Translations under genes and position numbers: made by a program | Part shown: positions 50,164 to 59,453 of the stretch, one piece after another | How positions within the stretch are numbered: position 1 is the stretch's first letter | Layout: each line of letters starts with the position of its first letter | The notes under the pieces: generated by a model | Told to the model about the DNA's origin: nothing | Database searches by the model: none | The model's input: the letters and a program-made list of their open reading frames with translations, nothing else | Source of the DNA: an uncultured Acidobacteriota bacterium | Lineage (GTDB): Bacteria > Acidobacteriota > Terriglobia > UBA7540 | Reading direction: 5' to 3' | NCBI GenBank assembly: GCA_963804995.1 | Contig: CAWDSK010000006.1 | Location: 2,016,001 to 2,080,000, forward strand | Length of the DNA stretch: 64,000 bases

Positions 50164-50232
50164 CCCCTCACCCGTCCCGCCCCGGCTGATGAAGACGCCG
50201 GCGGCGGTCCACCCTCTCCCCTCGGAGAGGGC
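50164..50232 (+). repeat. 70-bp palindromic repeat copy
   Basis: Same family as 23742-23811. Confidence 0.9.
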
Positions 50233-50367
50233 TATGATTTCTATCCTGTGTGGTTGAGCAAACCGGTAGCGCACAGTCTCGTAGGGGCACCCCACGAGAT
50301 GCGTTGGTTGCGGCCACGCCGCCCTGCGCTATCCCGCATGATTCACCGGTTGAACCGCCGCCAGGAA

Positions 50368-51096
50368 GTGAGTACACTGACCGCCGTGGCTCTCGACCAA
50401 CCTCTTTCCGAATCCGAACTCGAGGAACTGGAAAGCTTCCTTGATTCCGATCTCGTCCCGGAAGAAACGATGAACCTTTGCATGCTCAACGGCTATCTCA
50501 CCGCTATTGCCGTCGGGCCGGTCACGCTGCTTCCCAGCGAATGGTTCCCCAGGATTTGGGGCGAGGGAGATGAACCGGCCTTCGACTCTCTCGAGCACGC
50601 GCAGCGCATCTTTGATTTGATCACACGTTTCTACAACCATATCGTCCGGAAATTCATGAAGGCGCCCGAAGAATTCCAGCCCTTCTTGTACGAGGACGTG
50701 CAGGATGGCCAACCAACTCTTTCCGCAGAGGAGTGGTGCATTGGATTCAGCCTGGGGATTCATTTGAGGTCCGAAGCCTGGGAGCCACTCCTCAAGGACG
50801 AGGAGAATTCGGGGATACTTGCTGCAATCGTCGCCTTCTCCCTGGATGATGCCTGGGAAGAGGTCACCGAGGGTCGTGATCCGGTAGAGGTGCGTGACGA
50901 GTTAATCGGCTTGCTGCCGGCGACCGTGTTCGCAATCCATGCCTACTGGCAACCCCTTCGCCAGAAAAGAGCTGCCGGCCTGACGCCGGATTCCGTCCGC
51001 CTGGGTGGAAGCTCGAAATCCGGCCGCAATGCCCCTTGCCCCTGCGGCAGCGGGAAAAAGTTCAAAAATTGCTGCGGAGTCGCGGGTAAGAACTGA
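50368..51096 (+). CDS. YecA/UPF0149 protein with C-terminal SEC-C motif
   Basis: LNGYLTAI..GP..LLPSEWF, WCIGF, GRNAPCPCGSGKKFKNCCG. Confidence 0.9.
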   Translation: MSTLTAVALDQPLSESELEELESFLDSDLVPEETMNLCMLNGYLTAIAVGPVTLLPSEWFPRIWGEGDEPAFDSLEHAQRIFDLITRFYNHIVRKFMKAPEEFQPFLYEDVQDGQPTLSAEEWCIGFSLGIHLRSEAWEPLLKDEENSGILAAIVAFSLDDAWEEVTEGRDPVEVRDELIGLLPATVFAIHAYWQPLRQKRAAGLTPDSVRLGGSSKSGRNAPCPCGSGKKFKNCCGVAGKN

Positions 51097-51511
51097 ATCT
51101 CCCAACACGCGCCATCCGCCAGCAGGTGGATACAAGCGCAGCGCGGGGCAGCGGCAAACAAGGCGACTCGTAGGGGCACCCCATGGCTCAAGCTTGTCCA
51201 AATTATGCCCTACTTACACCAAGCTAATCATTATTAGGCCAATAAGTTGATAAAATGGCTTGAGATATTAGCCGCAGGTGGAGGAGTGACTTCCTGTCTG
51301 AAAAATAGGAGAACCCGCCCCGAGGTTTCGAATCGGAAAGCCGTTCCGACCCCTCCAATCGGTATGCGCCCTGAATTTCCTGGATGGAATTGAAGGATAT
51401 TGGAACATTCCGCCAACCTCTCTTGGCAAAGCGATTGCTGTGAATCTAAGCCTACCCGCCCGGTTCACGCGAAGCGCCGCAGGGCGGAACCTAAGCATCA
51501 GCGAGAACCTT

Positions 51512-52813
51512 TTGAGCGATTCCATCGAACAAAACGGCGTAGTGGGCGCAGGGGGAGCCGGGTTCCCCATGGCCGTGAAGCTGCAGAGGCAGGCTGAGAC
51601 CTACATCGTGAACGCGGCGGAGTGCGAGCCCCTGCTGCACAAGGACAAGGAATTGCTGCTCCACTACGGGGTGGAGATGCTCGCCGGCCTGCGGATTTCC
51701 ATGGAACGCGTGGGCGCGCGGCGCGGGGTTATTGGCATCAAGGAAAAGTATGAGGACGTGATTCGGAGCCTCTCGGGTCAGTTGCCGAACGATATCGAGA
51801 TCCAACCTCTGCGCGATGTCTACCCGGCGGGTGATGAGTTTGTTCTGGTCTATGACGTGACCGGCCGCGTGATCCCGCCCGGCGGTCTGCCGCTGGATGT
51901 GGGCGCGGTGGTCTCAAACGTCGAGACGCTGATCAACGTGGCGCGGAACCGTCCGGTGACGCACAAATATCTGACCGTGGCAGGCGCGGTGGCTGAACCC
52001 GTGACGCTGCGCGTGCCTGTGGGCATGGCGATTGGAGAGGTCATTGCCGCCGCGGGTGGCGCGACGGCGAGCCCCTTCGAAGTCCTGGTGGGTGGCGCCA
52101 TGATGGCGCATCTGGCCGCGGGGCTTGAGCAGCCCGTCACCAAAACTACCGGCGGGTTGATCGTGCTGCCGCGCGAGCACGGATTGATCCGCCGCTACCT
52201 GCGCTCGTGGCCGGCGATGGACCGCATCGGCAAGTCGGCGTGCGACCAATGCTCGTTCTGCACCGAACTCTGCCCGCGCTATCTGCTGGGCCATCCCATC
52301 GAGCCGCATAAGGCCATGCGCGCGCTGGGCTTTGCTCCGGATAAAGACCGGTTGATGATGGGCACGCTCTATTGCTGCGAGTGCAACCTGTGCAGCCTGT
52401 TCTCTTGCCCCGAAGATCTGGATCCTAAGGACGTCTGCGCTCACGACAAGAAAATTGCCCGCGAGCGCGGCTTGGGATGGCAGGGCAGGGCGGAAGACAT
52501 TCGGCCGCATCCCGTGGCAAACCAGCGCCGTATTCCTACGCACCGCTTGATGGCGAAGCTTGGCCTCACAGGATTTCGCAACGTGGGTCCGCTGGAAGAT
52601 CGGGGGCTCGCACCGCGGCGCGTGGTCATCCCGCTCCAGCAACATGCGGGTGCACCGGCCGTGCCCACAGTCCGCCCTGGAGAATCGGTGCGCATGGGTG
52701 ACTTGATCGCTTCACCTGCGGCCGGGAAACTGGGCGCCAACATTCACGCCAGCATTTCGGGAATGGTACGCGCTATCGATGGCGCTGTGATGATAGAGGC
52801 AAGTAGACAGTGA
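51512..52813 (+). CDS. pduS: PduS-like Fe-S flavoprotein (RnfC-related), microcompartment-associated
   Basis: GVVGAGGAGFP, NAAECEPLL, YPAGDE, CDQCSFCTELCP, CCECNLCSLFSCP, C-terminal LQQHAGAPA..IHASISG. Start uncertain (ORF extends to 51440). Confidence 0.85.
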   Translation: MSDSIEQNGVVGAGGAGFPMAVKLQRQAETYIVNAAECEPLLHKDKELLLHYGVEMLAGLRISMERVGARRGVIGIKEKYEDVIRSLSGQLPNDIEIQPLRDVYPAGDEFVLVYDVTGRVIPPGGLPLDVGAVVSNVETLINVARNRPVTHKYLTVAGAVAEPVTLRVPVGMAIGEVIAAAGGATASPFEVLVGGAMMAHLAAGLEQPVTKTTGGLIVLPREHGLIRRYLRSWPAMDRIGKSACDQCSFCTELCPRYLLGHPIEPHKAMRALGFAPDKDRLMMGTLYCCECNLCSLFSCPEDLDPKDVCAHDKKIARERGLGWQGRAEDIRPHPVANQRRIPTHRLMAKLGLTGFRNVGPLEDRGLAPRRVVIPLQQHAGAPAVPTVRPGESVRMGDLIASPAAGKLGANIHASISGMVRAIDGAVMIEASRQ

Positions 52814-52895
52814 TCAGTGGACTGTGGCCAGATGGTGAGCGTTCTTTCGGACAACTGGCTACTGACAACTGACTGCTTCAAGGAAGGAAACGTAC

Positions 52896-53456
52896 GTGGC
52901 TGAAATGGACACCATCGGGCTCGTGGAAGTTACGAGCATCGGCATTGGCTACAAGGCGCAGGACGCCATGCTCAAGGCCGCTTCGGTAGAACTGCTGCTC
53001 GCGCGCACCATCTGCTCCGGCAAGTACCTGATTGCGGTGTCAGGCGACGTGGCCTCCGTCGAGTCGAGTGTTGAGGCCGGCGCCACCGCCTCCGAAGGCG
53101 CACTGATCGAGCGGCAAGTTATCTCGCGGCTCCACCCTTCCGTCTTCCCGGCGATTTCTTCGGCAGTAGATTTGCCCACGGAGCAGTTCGAAGCGCTCGG
53201 CATCATCGAGACGTTTTCCGCGTCCACCATCATCGAGGTCGCGGACGCCGCCGCCAAAGCTGCCAACATCAAACTCTTCCGCATTCATCTGGCCATGGCC
53301 ATCGGGGGCAAAGGCTTTGTGCTCCTGACCGGTGACATCTCAAGCGTCGAGGCCGCGGTGGCCGCCGCTACACCCGTCGCCGGAGCCGAGGGCATGTTGG
53401 TGAGCGCCGTCGTCATCCCCGCCCCGCGCCGCGAGCTGTTCCGCGAGTATATTTAG
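52896..53456 (+). CDS. pduT: BMC-T tandem shell protein (PduT-like)
   Basis: Two BMC domains; TICSGKY Cys at the PduT Fe-S ligand position; follows pduS. Confidence 0.88.
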   Translation: MAEMDTIGLVEVTSIGIGYKAQDAMLKAASVELLLARTICSGKYLIAVSGDVASVESSVEAGATASEGALIERQVISRLHPSVFPAISSAVDLPTEQFEALGIIETFSASTIIEVADAAAKAANIKLFRIHLAMAIGGKGFVLLTGDISSVEAAVAAATPVAGAEGMLVSAVVIPAPRRELFREYI

Positions 53457-53465
53457 TGTAGTTAT

Positions 53466-53876
53466 TTACTGATTCCAGTCCTCGACCCGGGCACCGGCGT
53501 CCTGGAAGTGCTCGGCGTTGCCGGTAACGATTACGGCGCCGTACTCGATGGCATGTGCTGTGATGAGGACATCAGCATCCTGGTGGGAGCGACCCCGTGA
53601 CCGCAAGTCCGCCCAGAGACTTGAGGCGCGTTCCCAGGTTGCCGCGTTGAACTCTCTCCAAACCATCGCTTCGGCCAACTTCTTGAAGGCTGTGAGTTGC
53701 GCCACCGCGTTCTTGATCACCAGCTCCCGCCGGATTTCATAGAATACCACCGGGCACATGATGAAGAGTGCGTTCCGCCTGATCTCCTTGCGGAATCGGT
53801 CGAGGACGCGCTGATTCCCTGGATGTTTTTTGAGAAGCTTGGTGACGGTGTCGGTGTCGAGTGAGTAACTCGTCAT
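53466..53876 (-). CDS. vapC: PIN-domain (VapC) toxin
   Basis: LDTD, VFYEI, DADVLI, IVTGN.EHF. Confidence 0.88.
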   Translation of the reverse strand: MTSYSLDTDTVTKLLKKHPGNQRVLDRFRKEIRRNALFIMCPVVFYEIRRELVIKNAVAQLTAFKKLAEAMVWREFNAATWERASSLWADLRSRGRSHQDADVLITAHAIEYGAVIVTGNAEHFQDAGARVEDWNQ

Positions 53877-54091
53877 CCTGTTTGGGTAGGCGTGAATGTG
53901 GAGCGATGGTTCCGAATGTCGTCCTCAAATCCGTTCCACCACTTTTCATCACGATCATCGGGTGTGGCAAGCCAGGTATCGAGCCACTTAAGCAGCTTCC
54001 GATTCTGCGGGCGCAGAGAGCTGTTTTGCCGGCCGGCGCCAGATGCCGTCGGCCCGGAGCGCCGCTTGTGCAGGGTTGTTGCGTTTGCCAT
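53873..54091 (-). CDS. Putative antitoxin
   Basis: Small ORF overlapping the vapC start by 4 bp. Confidence 0.65.
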   Translation of the reverse strand: MANATTLHKRRSGPTASGAGRQNSSLRPQNRKLLKWLDTWLATPDDRDEKWWNGFEDDIRNHRSTFTPTQTG

Positions 54092-54172
54092 GAACTTTCC
54101 CCAGCTCAAATGATAACACAAAGGAGCTTCGACATCGCTAGGCATAACGCCAACCGCAGTGCGCGCGAGCCC

Positions 54173-54928
54173 TCAAGCCAGCACCAATTCCACTCCGCAC
54201 TTTTCGAGCAGCTTCTCGAACCGCGGGGGCAGCTCCTGGTCGGTCACGATTACGTCCACGGCCTCCAGCGGCGTGAGGTGCGCCATGGTTTGGCGGCCAA
54301 ATTTCGAATAATCGGCCACCACCATGACGCGGCGGGAGACCTCAATCATCTTGCGCTCCGAGCCCACCACCAGCGTGTTCGTGTTGCTCAGGCCTGCCTC
54401 GGTGATGCCGCCCGTCCCCATCACCAGGACGTCCGCCGCTACGCGCGTCAGCATCTCCTCGCAGATCGGCCCCAGCAGAACACCCAGGCGCGGGTAGAGG
54501 TATCCGCCCGTGAGCGTCAACTCCACACTTTTGGAATCGTAGAAGATTTGCGCAATGAGGATGGAATTGGTGATGACCTGCAGCGAGTGGCCCAACAGTT
54601 GGCGCGCCACCTCCGCCACCGTCGAGCCGCCGTCCATGATCAGGGTCTGGCCTTCTTCGAGCAGGGCCGCAGCCGCCTTGCCGATGCGTTGCTTCTCTTC
54701 CCGGGCACGACTTGGCACCCAGCCCACGCCTCGCGACTCTTTCTGAACCTGCAGCGAGATGGCGCCGCCTCGGACCCTCCGCACCATACCCTGTTGTTCG
54801 AGCTCCATGAGGTCGCGGCGAATACTGGATTCCGAGACTCCCAGTTTGGACGCCAAGGCTGCGGCGTCAATGAACTCCTGACTTCGAATAGCGTTGTGGA
54901 TTTCAATTTGTCGTTCGGCAGCTCGCAT
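54173..54928 (-). CDS. DeoR/GlpR-family transcriptional regulator
   Basis: LGVSESSIRRDL, RVRGGA, EKQRIG, DGGST, VITNS, ADYSKFG. Confidence 0.95.
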   Translation of the reverse strand: MRAAERQIEIHNAIRSQEFIDAAALASKLGVSESSIRRDLMELEQQGMVRRVRGGAISLQVQKESRGVGWVPSRAREEKQRIGKAAAALLEEGQTLIMDGGSTVAEVARQLLGHSLQVITNSILIAQIFYDSKSVELTLTGGYLYPRLGVLLGPICEEMLTRVAADVLVMGTGGITEAGLSNTNTLVVGSERKMIEVSRRVMVVADYSKFGRQTMAHLTPLEAVDVIVTDQELPPRFEKLLEKCGVELVLA

Positions 54929-55051
54929 GGGAAGGAAGATAGCACAGAATCGGCCTAAATAGAAATAATATGCATGGATATGAAATAATCTGAACGTCTA
55001 TAGGAATACACATTGCACAATAACCCAATACCAGTCAGTTTGGTGCGTGAA
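54929..55051. promoter_or_regulatory. AT-rich divergent promoter region between the DeoR gene and the BMC operon
   Basis: Markedly AT-rich spacer between divergent starts; exact -10/-35 not assigned. Confidence 0.55.
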
Positions 55052-55726
55052 ATGACACCACAACTCGATCGCGCCGTCGTGGAGACCATCGTCCGGGAAA
55101 TCGTCCTCAAGCGTATGGGTACCTGTCCGGACAAGGAAACGGCAGAGCAACCCTCACGCCTGGTGGTGAACGCCTCCGCGCGCCACATGCACGTAAGCCA
55201 GAAAGACCTGGAAGCCCTGTTTGGAGCCGGGCACCAATTGAAGCCGCTACGACCCCTGTATCAGACCGGCACCTTCGCTGCGGAGGAGACAGTCGTGCTC
55301 ATCGGGCCGCGCGGCCGGCTGATTTCTAACCTGCGAATTCTGGGGCCAACCCGTGCTGCCTCGCAGATTGAGCTTTCCTTCACGGATGCCATCATGCTGG
55401 GCATCGAGAATCTGCCCGTCCGCCTCTCAGGCGACATCGAGGGGACGCCGGGAGCCTTCGTCATGGGGCCGCAAGGAGTGGTGGAGATCAAGAAAGGTTT
55501 GATCCGCGCGGCGATGCATGTACATATGACGCCGCTGGACGCGGAGTCGCACGGGGTTCGGCACAAGGATGTTATGAAGCTAAGGGTGGGTGATGGTACG
55601 GCGGTAACTTTCGACAAGGTGCACGTGCGCGTCGATCCCACTTTTCGGCTGGAAGTCCACATGGACACGGACGAGGCCAATGCTTGCGCGTTGCATCTGG
55701 CCAAGCAAGTGGAATTGATTAAGTAG
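55052..55726 (+). CDS. pduL: PduL phosphotransacylase with N-terminal encapsulation peptide
   Basis: SARHMH, LYQTGTFAAEE, RILGP.R, RLSGDI.GTPG, HVHM, HMDTDEANA; N-terminal LDRAVVETIVREIVLKRM. Confidence 0.93.
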   Translation: MTPQLDRAVVETIVREIVLKRMGTCPDKETAEQPSRLVVNASARHMHVSQKDLEALFGAGHQLKPLRPLYQTGTFAAEETVVLIGPRGRLISNLRILGPTRAASQIELSFTDAIMLGIENLPVRLSGDIEGTPGAFVMGPQGVVEIKKGLIRAAMHVHMTPLDAESHGVRHKDVMKLRVGDGTAVTFDKVHVRVDPTFRLEVHMDTDEANACALHLAKQVELIK

Positions 55727-55781
55727 GGGCGCTGCAAGAACGGGCGATCGAATCAGGAGTGAGTGATTAGGAGAAGAACCT

Positions 55782-56084
55782 ATGAATCAAGCCTTAGGGA
55801 TGATTGAGACGAGAGGGCTGGTGGCCTTGATGGAAGCCACCGACGCCATGTTGAAGGCCGCCAACGTTACCTTTGCCCACTGGGAACCGGTGGGCTCGGG
55901 GCTGGTCACGGCTTTCGTAGAGGGTGATGTGGCCGCCGTCAAGGCCGCTATCGACGCCGGGGCCGAAGCTGCCTCACGCTTGGGTGAAGTGGTAAGCGTG
56001 CAGGTGATTCCCCACCCGCACGAGGATCTGAGCATCTTCACGGAGCCGCCCACGGAATCGGGAACAACCAAGAAGGCGGCCTGA
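55782..56084 (+). CDS. BMC-H shell protein
   Basis: [33 protein letters not shown]. Confidence 0.96.
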   Translation: MNQALGMIETRGLVALMEATDAMLKAANVTFAHWEPVGSGLVTAFVEGDVAAVKAAIDAGAEAASRLGEVVSVQVIPHPHEDLSIFTEPPTESGTTKKAA

Positions 56085-56105
56085 GAGGCCACCAAGGAGA
56101 AGGTC

Positions 56106-56375
56106 ATGAATCAAGCATTGGGATTACTTGAAACCAAGGGATTGGTGGGGCTCGTGGACGCGAGCGACGCCATGTGCAAGGCCGCCAACGTCCAACTGGT
56201 CAAAATGATTCAGATTGGCGGCGGCTACGTCACCACCATTGTGCGTGGCGACGTGGGCAGCGTGCGAGCGGCGATTGATGCCGGAGCCGCGGCGGCGAAG
56301 GCCCTGGGTGAACTGGTGGCGGCGCACGTGATCGCTCGCCCGCATGAAGGGGTCTCGGAAGGTTACTTGAAGTAA
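56106..56375 (+). CDS. BMC-H shell protein
   Basis: ALGLLETKG..DAMCKAANV..RGDVGSVRAA..HVIARPH. Confidence 0.96.
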   Translation: MNQALGLLETKGLVGLVDASDAMCKAANVQLVKMIQIGGGYVTTIVRGDVGSVRAAIDAGAAAAKALGELVAAHVIARPHEGVSEGYLK

Positions 56376-56400
56376 GGCGTTTCGGGTTCCGGTGGTAGGA

Positions 56401-56473
56401 TCGAAACTCGAAATTCGAAACTCGAAAATCGGCGACTCGCCCACGAGTTTCGAATTTCGAGTTTCGAGTTTCG
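56401..56473. repeat. Inverted heptamer (TCGAAAN)n tandem repeat
   Basis: TCGAAAC TCGAAAT TCGAAAC TCGAAAA followed by the reverse-complement array; also at 57135-57207 and 58995-59062. Confidence 0.9.
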
Positions 56474-56506
56474 TTCTCTCCCCGGCGCCTGGCAAAGGAG
56501 AATCCG

Positions 56507-56779
56507 ATGGTACAGCAAGCAATTGGAATGATTGAGACGCGTGGATTGGTGGCGCTGGTGCAAGCCACTGACGCCATGTTGAAAGCGGCCAACGTGCAGT
56601 TCAAAGGCTGGAGAAAGATCGGTGGAGGGCTCTGCACCAGCTTCGTCGGTGGCGACGTGGCAGCGGTGAAAGCCGCGGTTGACGCAGGCGCTGTCGCCGC
56701 CAAAAACGTTGGTCAAGTGGTCAGCGTCCAGGTAATCCCCCGCCCGCACGACGATCTGGGCGCGATTTTACCGGAATAA
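56507..56779 (+). CDS. BMC-H shell protein
   Basis: [33 protein letters not shown]. Confidence 0.96.
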   Translation: MVQQAIGMIETRGLVALVQATDAMLKAANVQFKGWRKIGGGLCTSFVGGDVAAVKAAVDAGAVAAKNVGQVVSVQVIPRPHDDLGAILPE

Positions 56780-56805
56780 CGCAAAGCTCGATGGAAGGTG
56801 CGGCC

Positions 56806-57102
56806 ATGTTCCTGGCCAAAGTAATAGGCAATGTTGTTTCGAGTCATAAGAACGCCCGCTTCCAGGGTATGAAGCTGCTGTTGATTCAGCCCTACGTTAC
56901 GCGCGAGGGCAAGCTGGTGGAATCCGGAAGCTCAGTGGTGGCGGTCGATAGCGTAGGTGCGGGCGAAAGCGAACTGGTGATGTTCACCCAGGGAAGTTCC
57001 GCGCGTCTGACCGACACCACCAAGGACTGCCCTGTCGATACGGTCATCATCGGCATCGTGGACACCGTACAAGTGGCGGGCCAGCGGCTGGAAAAACCCT
57101 AG
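56806..57102 (+). CDS. BMC-P vertex protein (EutN/CcmL family)
   Basis: MFLAKVIGNVVS..KLLLIQP..AVDSVGAG..GSSAR..PVDTVIIGIVD. Confidence 0.95.
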   Translation: MFLAKVIGNVVSSHKNARFQGMKLLLIQPYVTREGKLVESGSSVVAVDSVGAGESELVMFTQGSSARLTDTTKDCPVDTVIIGIVDTVQVAGQRLEKP

Positions 57103-57134
57103 TGCGGTAGTTTGAGGTCGGCGGCCAAGAGTTA

Positions 57135-57207
57135 TCGAAACTCGAAAATCGAAATTCGAAACTCGCGAGCGTTCCACCGATTTCCGAGTTCCGACTTTCG
57201 AGTTTCG
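57135..57207. repeat. Inverted heptamer tandem repeat
   Basis: Same TCGAAAN array and complement. Confidence 0.85.
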
Positions 57208-57254
57208 GTACGGGCTGCTGACTCCTGGATTCTGGTGTTACAGAGGCTTGGCAA

Positions 57255-58691
57255 ATGAGCACAACCACTGATCCCATGATCGCGGCAATCGTCGAAGAAG
57301 TAATTGAACGGCTAAAACCGCGCCTGGCGGGGCGACTGCCGGAGCGGCAGGCAGCCGCAGGCGACGGCGTGTTTTCCACGGTTGACGACGCCGTGAAGGC
57401 CGCGCGCGTTGCGCAAGCGCAGTTGGCGGCGCGCAGCTTGCAAGACCGGGCGGAGATCATCGCCATCGTCCGCCGCCTGTGCATCGAGCGCGCCGAAGAA
57501 CTTGGCAAAATGGAGTATGAAGAATCGCGCCTGGGCCGGTTGGACCACAAAATCGTAAAGGTGCGGCGGGTGGAGAAGGTGCTGGGCGTGGAAGCGCTCC
57601 GGACCGAAGCCCGCAGCGACTCCACGGGGCTCTTCTTCATCGAGTACGCACCCTTCGGCGTCATCGCCATGGTTCTGCCCAGCACGCACGGCGTGCCCAC
57701 TATGGGCAGCAACGCCATCAGCGTCCTGGCCGGCGGAAACACCCCGGTGTTCACTTCCCACCCCTTGACGGCGCGCAGCGTGGCGTACGCGGTGCGGATG
57801 TTCAATCGCGAAATCGAAAAGCGCATGGGCCTGCGCAATCTGCTTTGCGCGGTGGAGTCACCGACCATCGAATCGGTAAATGAGCTTTTCCGTCACCCCG
57901 ATGTGGCGCTGATTTGCGTTACGGGCGGCGGCGCCGTGGTTCACGCCGCCATGCAGGCCGGCAAGCGGGTGGTGGCGGCGGGTCCGGGCAATCCTCCCGT
58001 GCTCGTGGATGAGACGGCTGATCTCGCGAAAGCTGCGGAATCCATCATCTTGGGCGCCTCGTTTGATAACAACCTTCTTTGTACCAGCGAAAAGGAGGTC
58101 TTTGTGGTTGCCAAGGTCGCCGACGAATTCATTATGGCGATGAAACGGGCGGGCGCTGTGCAATTGAACCATGCGCAAGTGGAGAAACTGGCGCAAGCCG
58201 TTTTTGATTTTGAGCCGGGAAAAGACGGTGGCCGCGCCCGGGCTCGCGTGAAGCACGAATTTGTGGGAAAGGACCCGGCCGTGCTGGCGGGCGCCATCGG
58301 CATGACCTTGCCTGCCGGAACCCAATTGCTGTTTGGCGAAACCGAAGAAGACCATCCCTTTGTGCAGACCGAGCAAATGATGCCCTTTGTGCCCGTGGTG
58401 CGCGTGGGATCCGTTGACGACGGCATTCGCGCCGCCCTCAAGGCCGAACACGGCTTCCATCACACGGCGCTCATTCATTCTCGCAACGCCGAAAACGCCA
58501 CCAAGATGGCGCGCGCGATGAATACCACGATATTCGTTCAGAACGCGCCTTGTTATGCCAGCCAGGGGGACGGCGGTCCGGGCTTTCTGAGTTACAGCGT
58601 GGCCACGCCCACCGGCGAAGGCGTGACCACACCCCTGACGTATACGCGACAGCGCTCGTTCACTATCGCCGGCGCGCTACGCATTATCTAG
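57255..58691 (+). CDS. CoA-acylating aldehyde dehydrogenase (EutE/PduP family) with encapsulation peptide
   Basis: APFGVI, TGGGAVV, AGPGNPP, FDNNLLCTSEKE, EQMMP, EHGFHHTA, TPTGEG; N-terminal MIAAIVEEVIERL. Confidence 0.95.
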   Translation: MSTTTDPMIAAIVEEVIERLKPRLAGRLPERQAAAGDGVFSTVDDAVKAARVAQAQLAARSLQDRAEIIAIVRRLCIERAEELGKMEYEESRLGRLDHKIVKVRRVEKVLGVEALRTEARSDSTGLFFIEYAPFGVIAMVLPSTHGVPTMGSNAISVLAGGNTPVFTSHPLTARSVAYAVRMFNREIEKRMGLRNLLCAVESPTIESVNELFRHPDVALICVTGGGAVVHAAMQAGKRVVAAGPGNPPVLVDETADLAKAAESIILGASFDNNLLCTSEKEVFVVAKVADEFIMAMKRAGAVQLNHAQVEKLAQAVFDFEPGKDGGRARARVKHEFVGKDPAVLAGAIGMTLPAGTQLLFGETEEDHPFVQTEQMMPFVPVVRVGSVDDGIRAALKAEHGFHHTALIHSRNAENATKMARAMNTTIFVQNAPCYASQGDGGPGFLSYSVATPTGEGVTTPLTYTRQRSFTIAGALRII

Positions 58692-58700
58692 GTCAAGCTG

Positions 58701-59066
58701 ATGTTCATTGCCCGCATCGACGGATCGATTACCTCCACGGTCAAACACCCGAGCTTGCGAAGCCAGCGCTTGTTGATCGGCCAGAGGCTGGAAGCGGATG
58801 GTAATGAGGTGGGTGAACCCATCGTGCTGCTTGACGATCTGGGCGCGGGGTTGGGTTCCCAGGTGCTGGTTACAACCGACGGAGACCTGGCAAGACAGAA
58901 ATTGGGGGACAACACCACCCCAACACGCATGATCGTGGTGGGGATCATTGATCGCAATCCCCAAACCGGATGTTCTGAGTCTTCCGTCACCCATTCGAAA
59001 CTCGAAAATCGAAAAACGAAAATCGCGCCGAGTTTCGAGCTTCGAGTTTCGAATTTCGATTTGTAA
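58701..59066 (+). CDS. BMC-P vertex protein with a repeat-derived C-terminal tail
   Basis: MFIARIDGSITSTVKHPSL..DDLGAG..IVVGIID; the tail is encoded by the TCGAAAN array. Confidence 0.9.
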   Translation: MFIARIDGSITSTVKHPSLRSQRLLIGQRLEADGNEVGEPIVLLDDLGAGLGSQVLVTTDGDLARQKLGDNTTPTRMIVVGIIDRNPQTGCSESSVTHSKLENRKTKIAPSFELRVSNFDL

Positions 59067-59070
59067 GCGT

Positions 59071-59406
59071 ATGCGCCTGGGAATCGTTCGCGGAAATGTC
59101 GTGCTGAGCGTCTCGGATCCAAGCCTGGAGGGGACGCGATTCTTGATCGTCGAACCCGTGACCGGCGGGGCGCTCGCGGCTCAGGACGGATCGGGTGGCG
59201 GAAAGCAACTGATCGTCGCTGACCACCTGGGCCCCGCTGAGGGCGAGATGATTGCCTTCGTCGAAGGGCGGGAAGGCGCCAATCCTTACTGGCCCGGCCG
59301 GGCTCCGGTGGACGCCTATTGCAGCCTGCTGGTCAATACGGTGGACTACCACCCACCGGGTGCTGAGGCTGCAAAGGAAATCAGGCCGTCTTCTGGAAAA
59401 CGCTGA
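59071..59406 (+). CDS. BMC-P vertex protein
   Basis: MRLGIVRGNVVLS..FLIVEP..DHLGP..EGREG..PVDAY. Confidence 0.88.
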   Translation: MRLGIVRGNVVLSVSDPSLEGTRFLIVEPVTGGALAAQDGSGGGKQLIVADHLGPAEGEMIAFVEGREGANPYWPGRAPVDAYCSLLVNTVDYHPPGAEAAKEIRPSSGKR

Positions 59407-59453
59407 TGCCAGGAGCGGGTGAAAGCACAGGCCGTTAAAGGCAGGGTTTAATT

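Noticed and set aside
51512..52813. RnfC of an Rnf complex
   Set aside because: No other rnf genes; domain order and pduT adjacency fit PduS.
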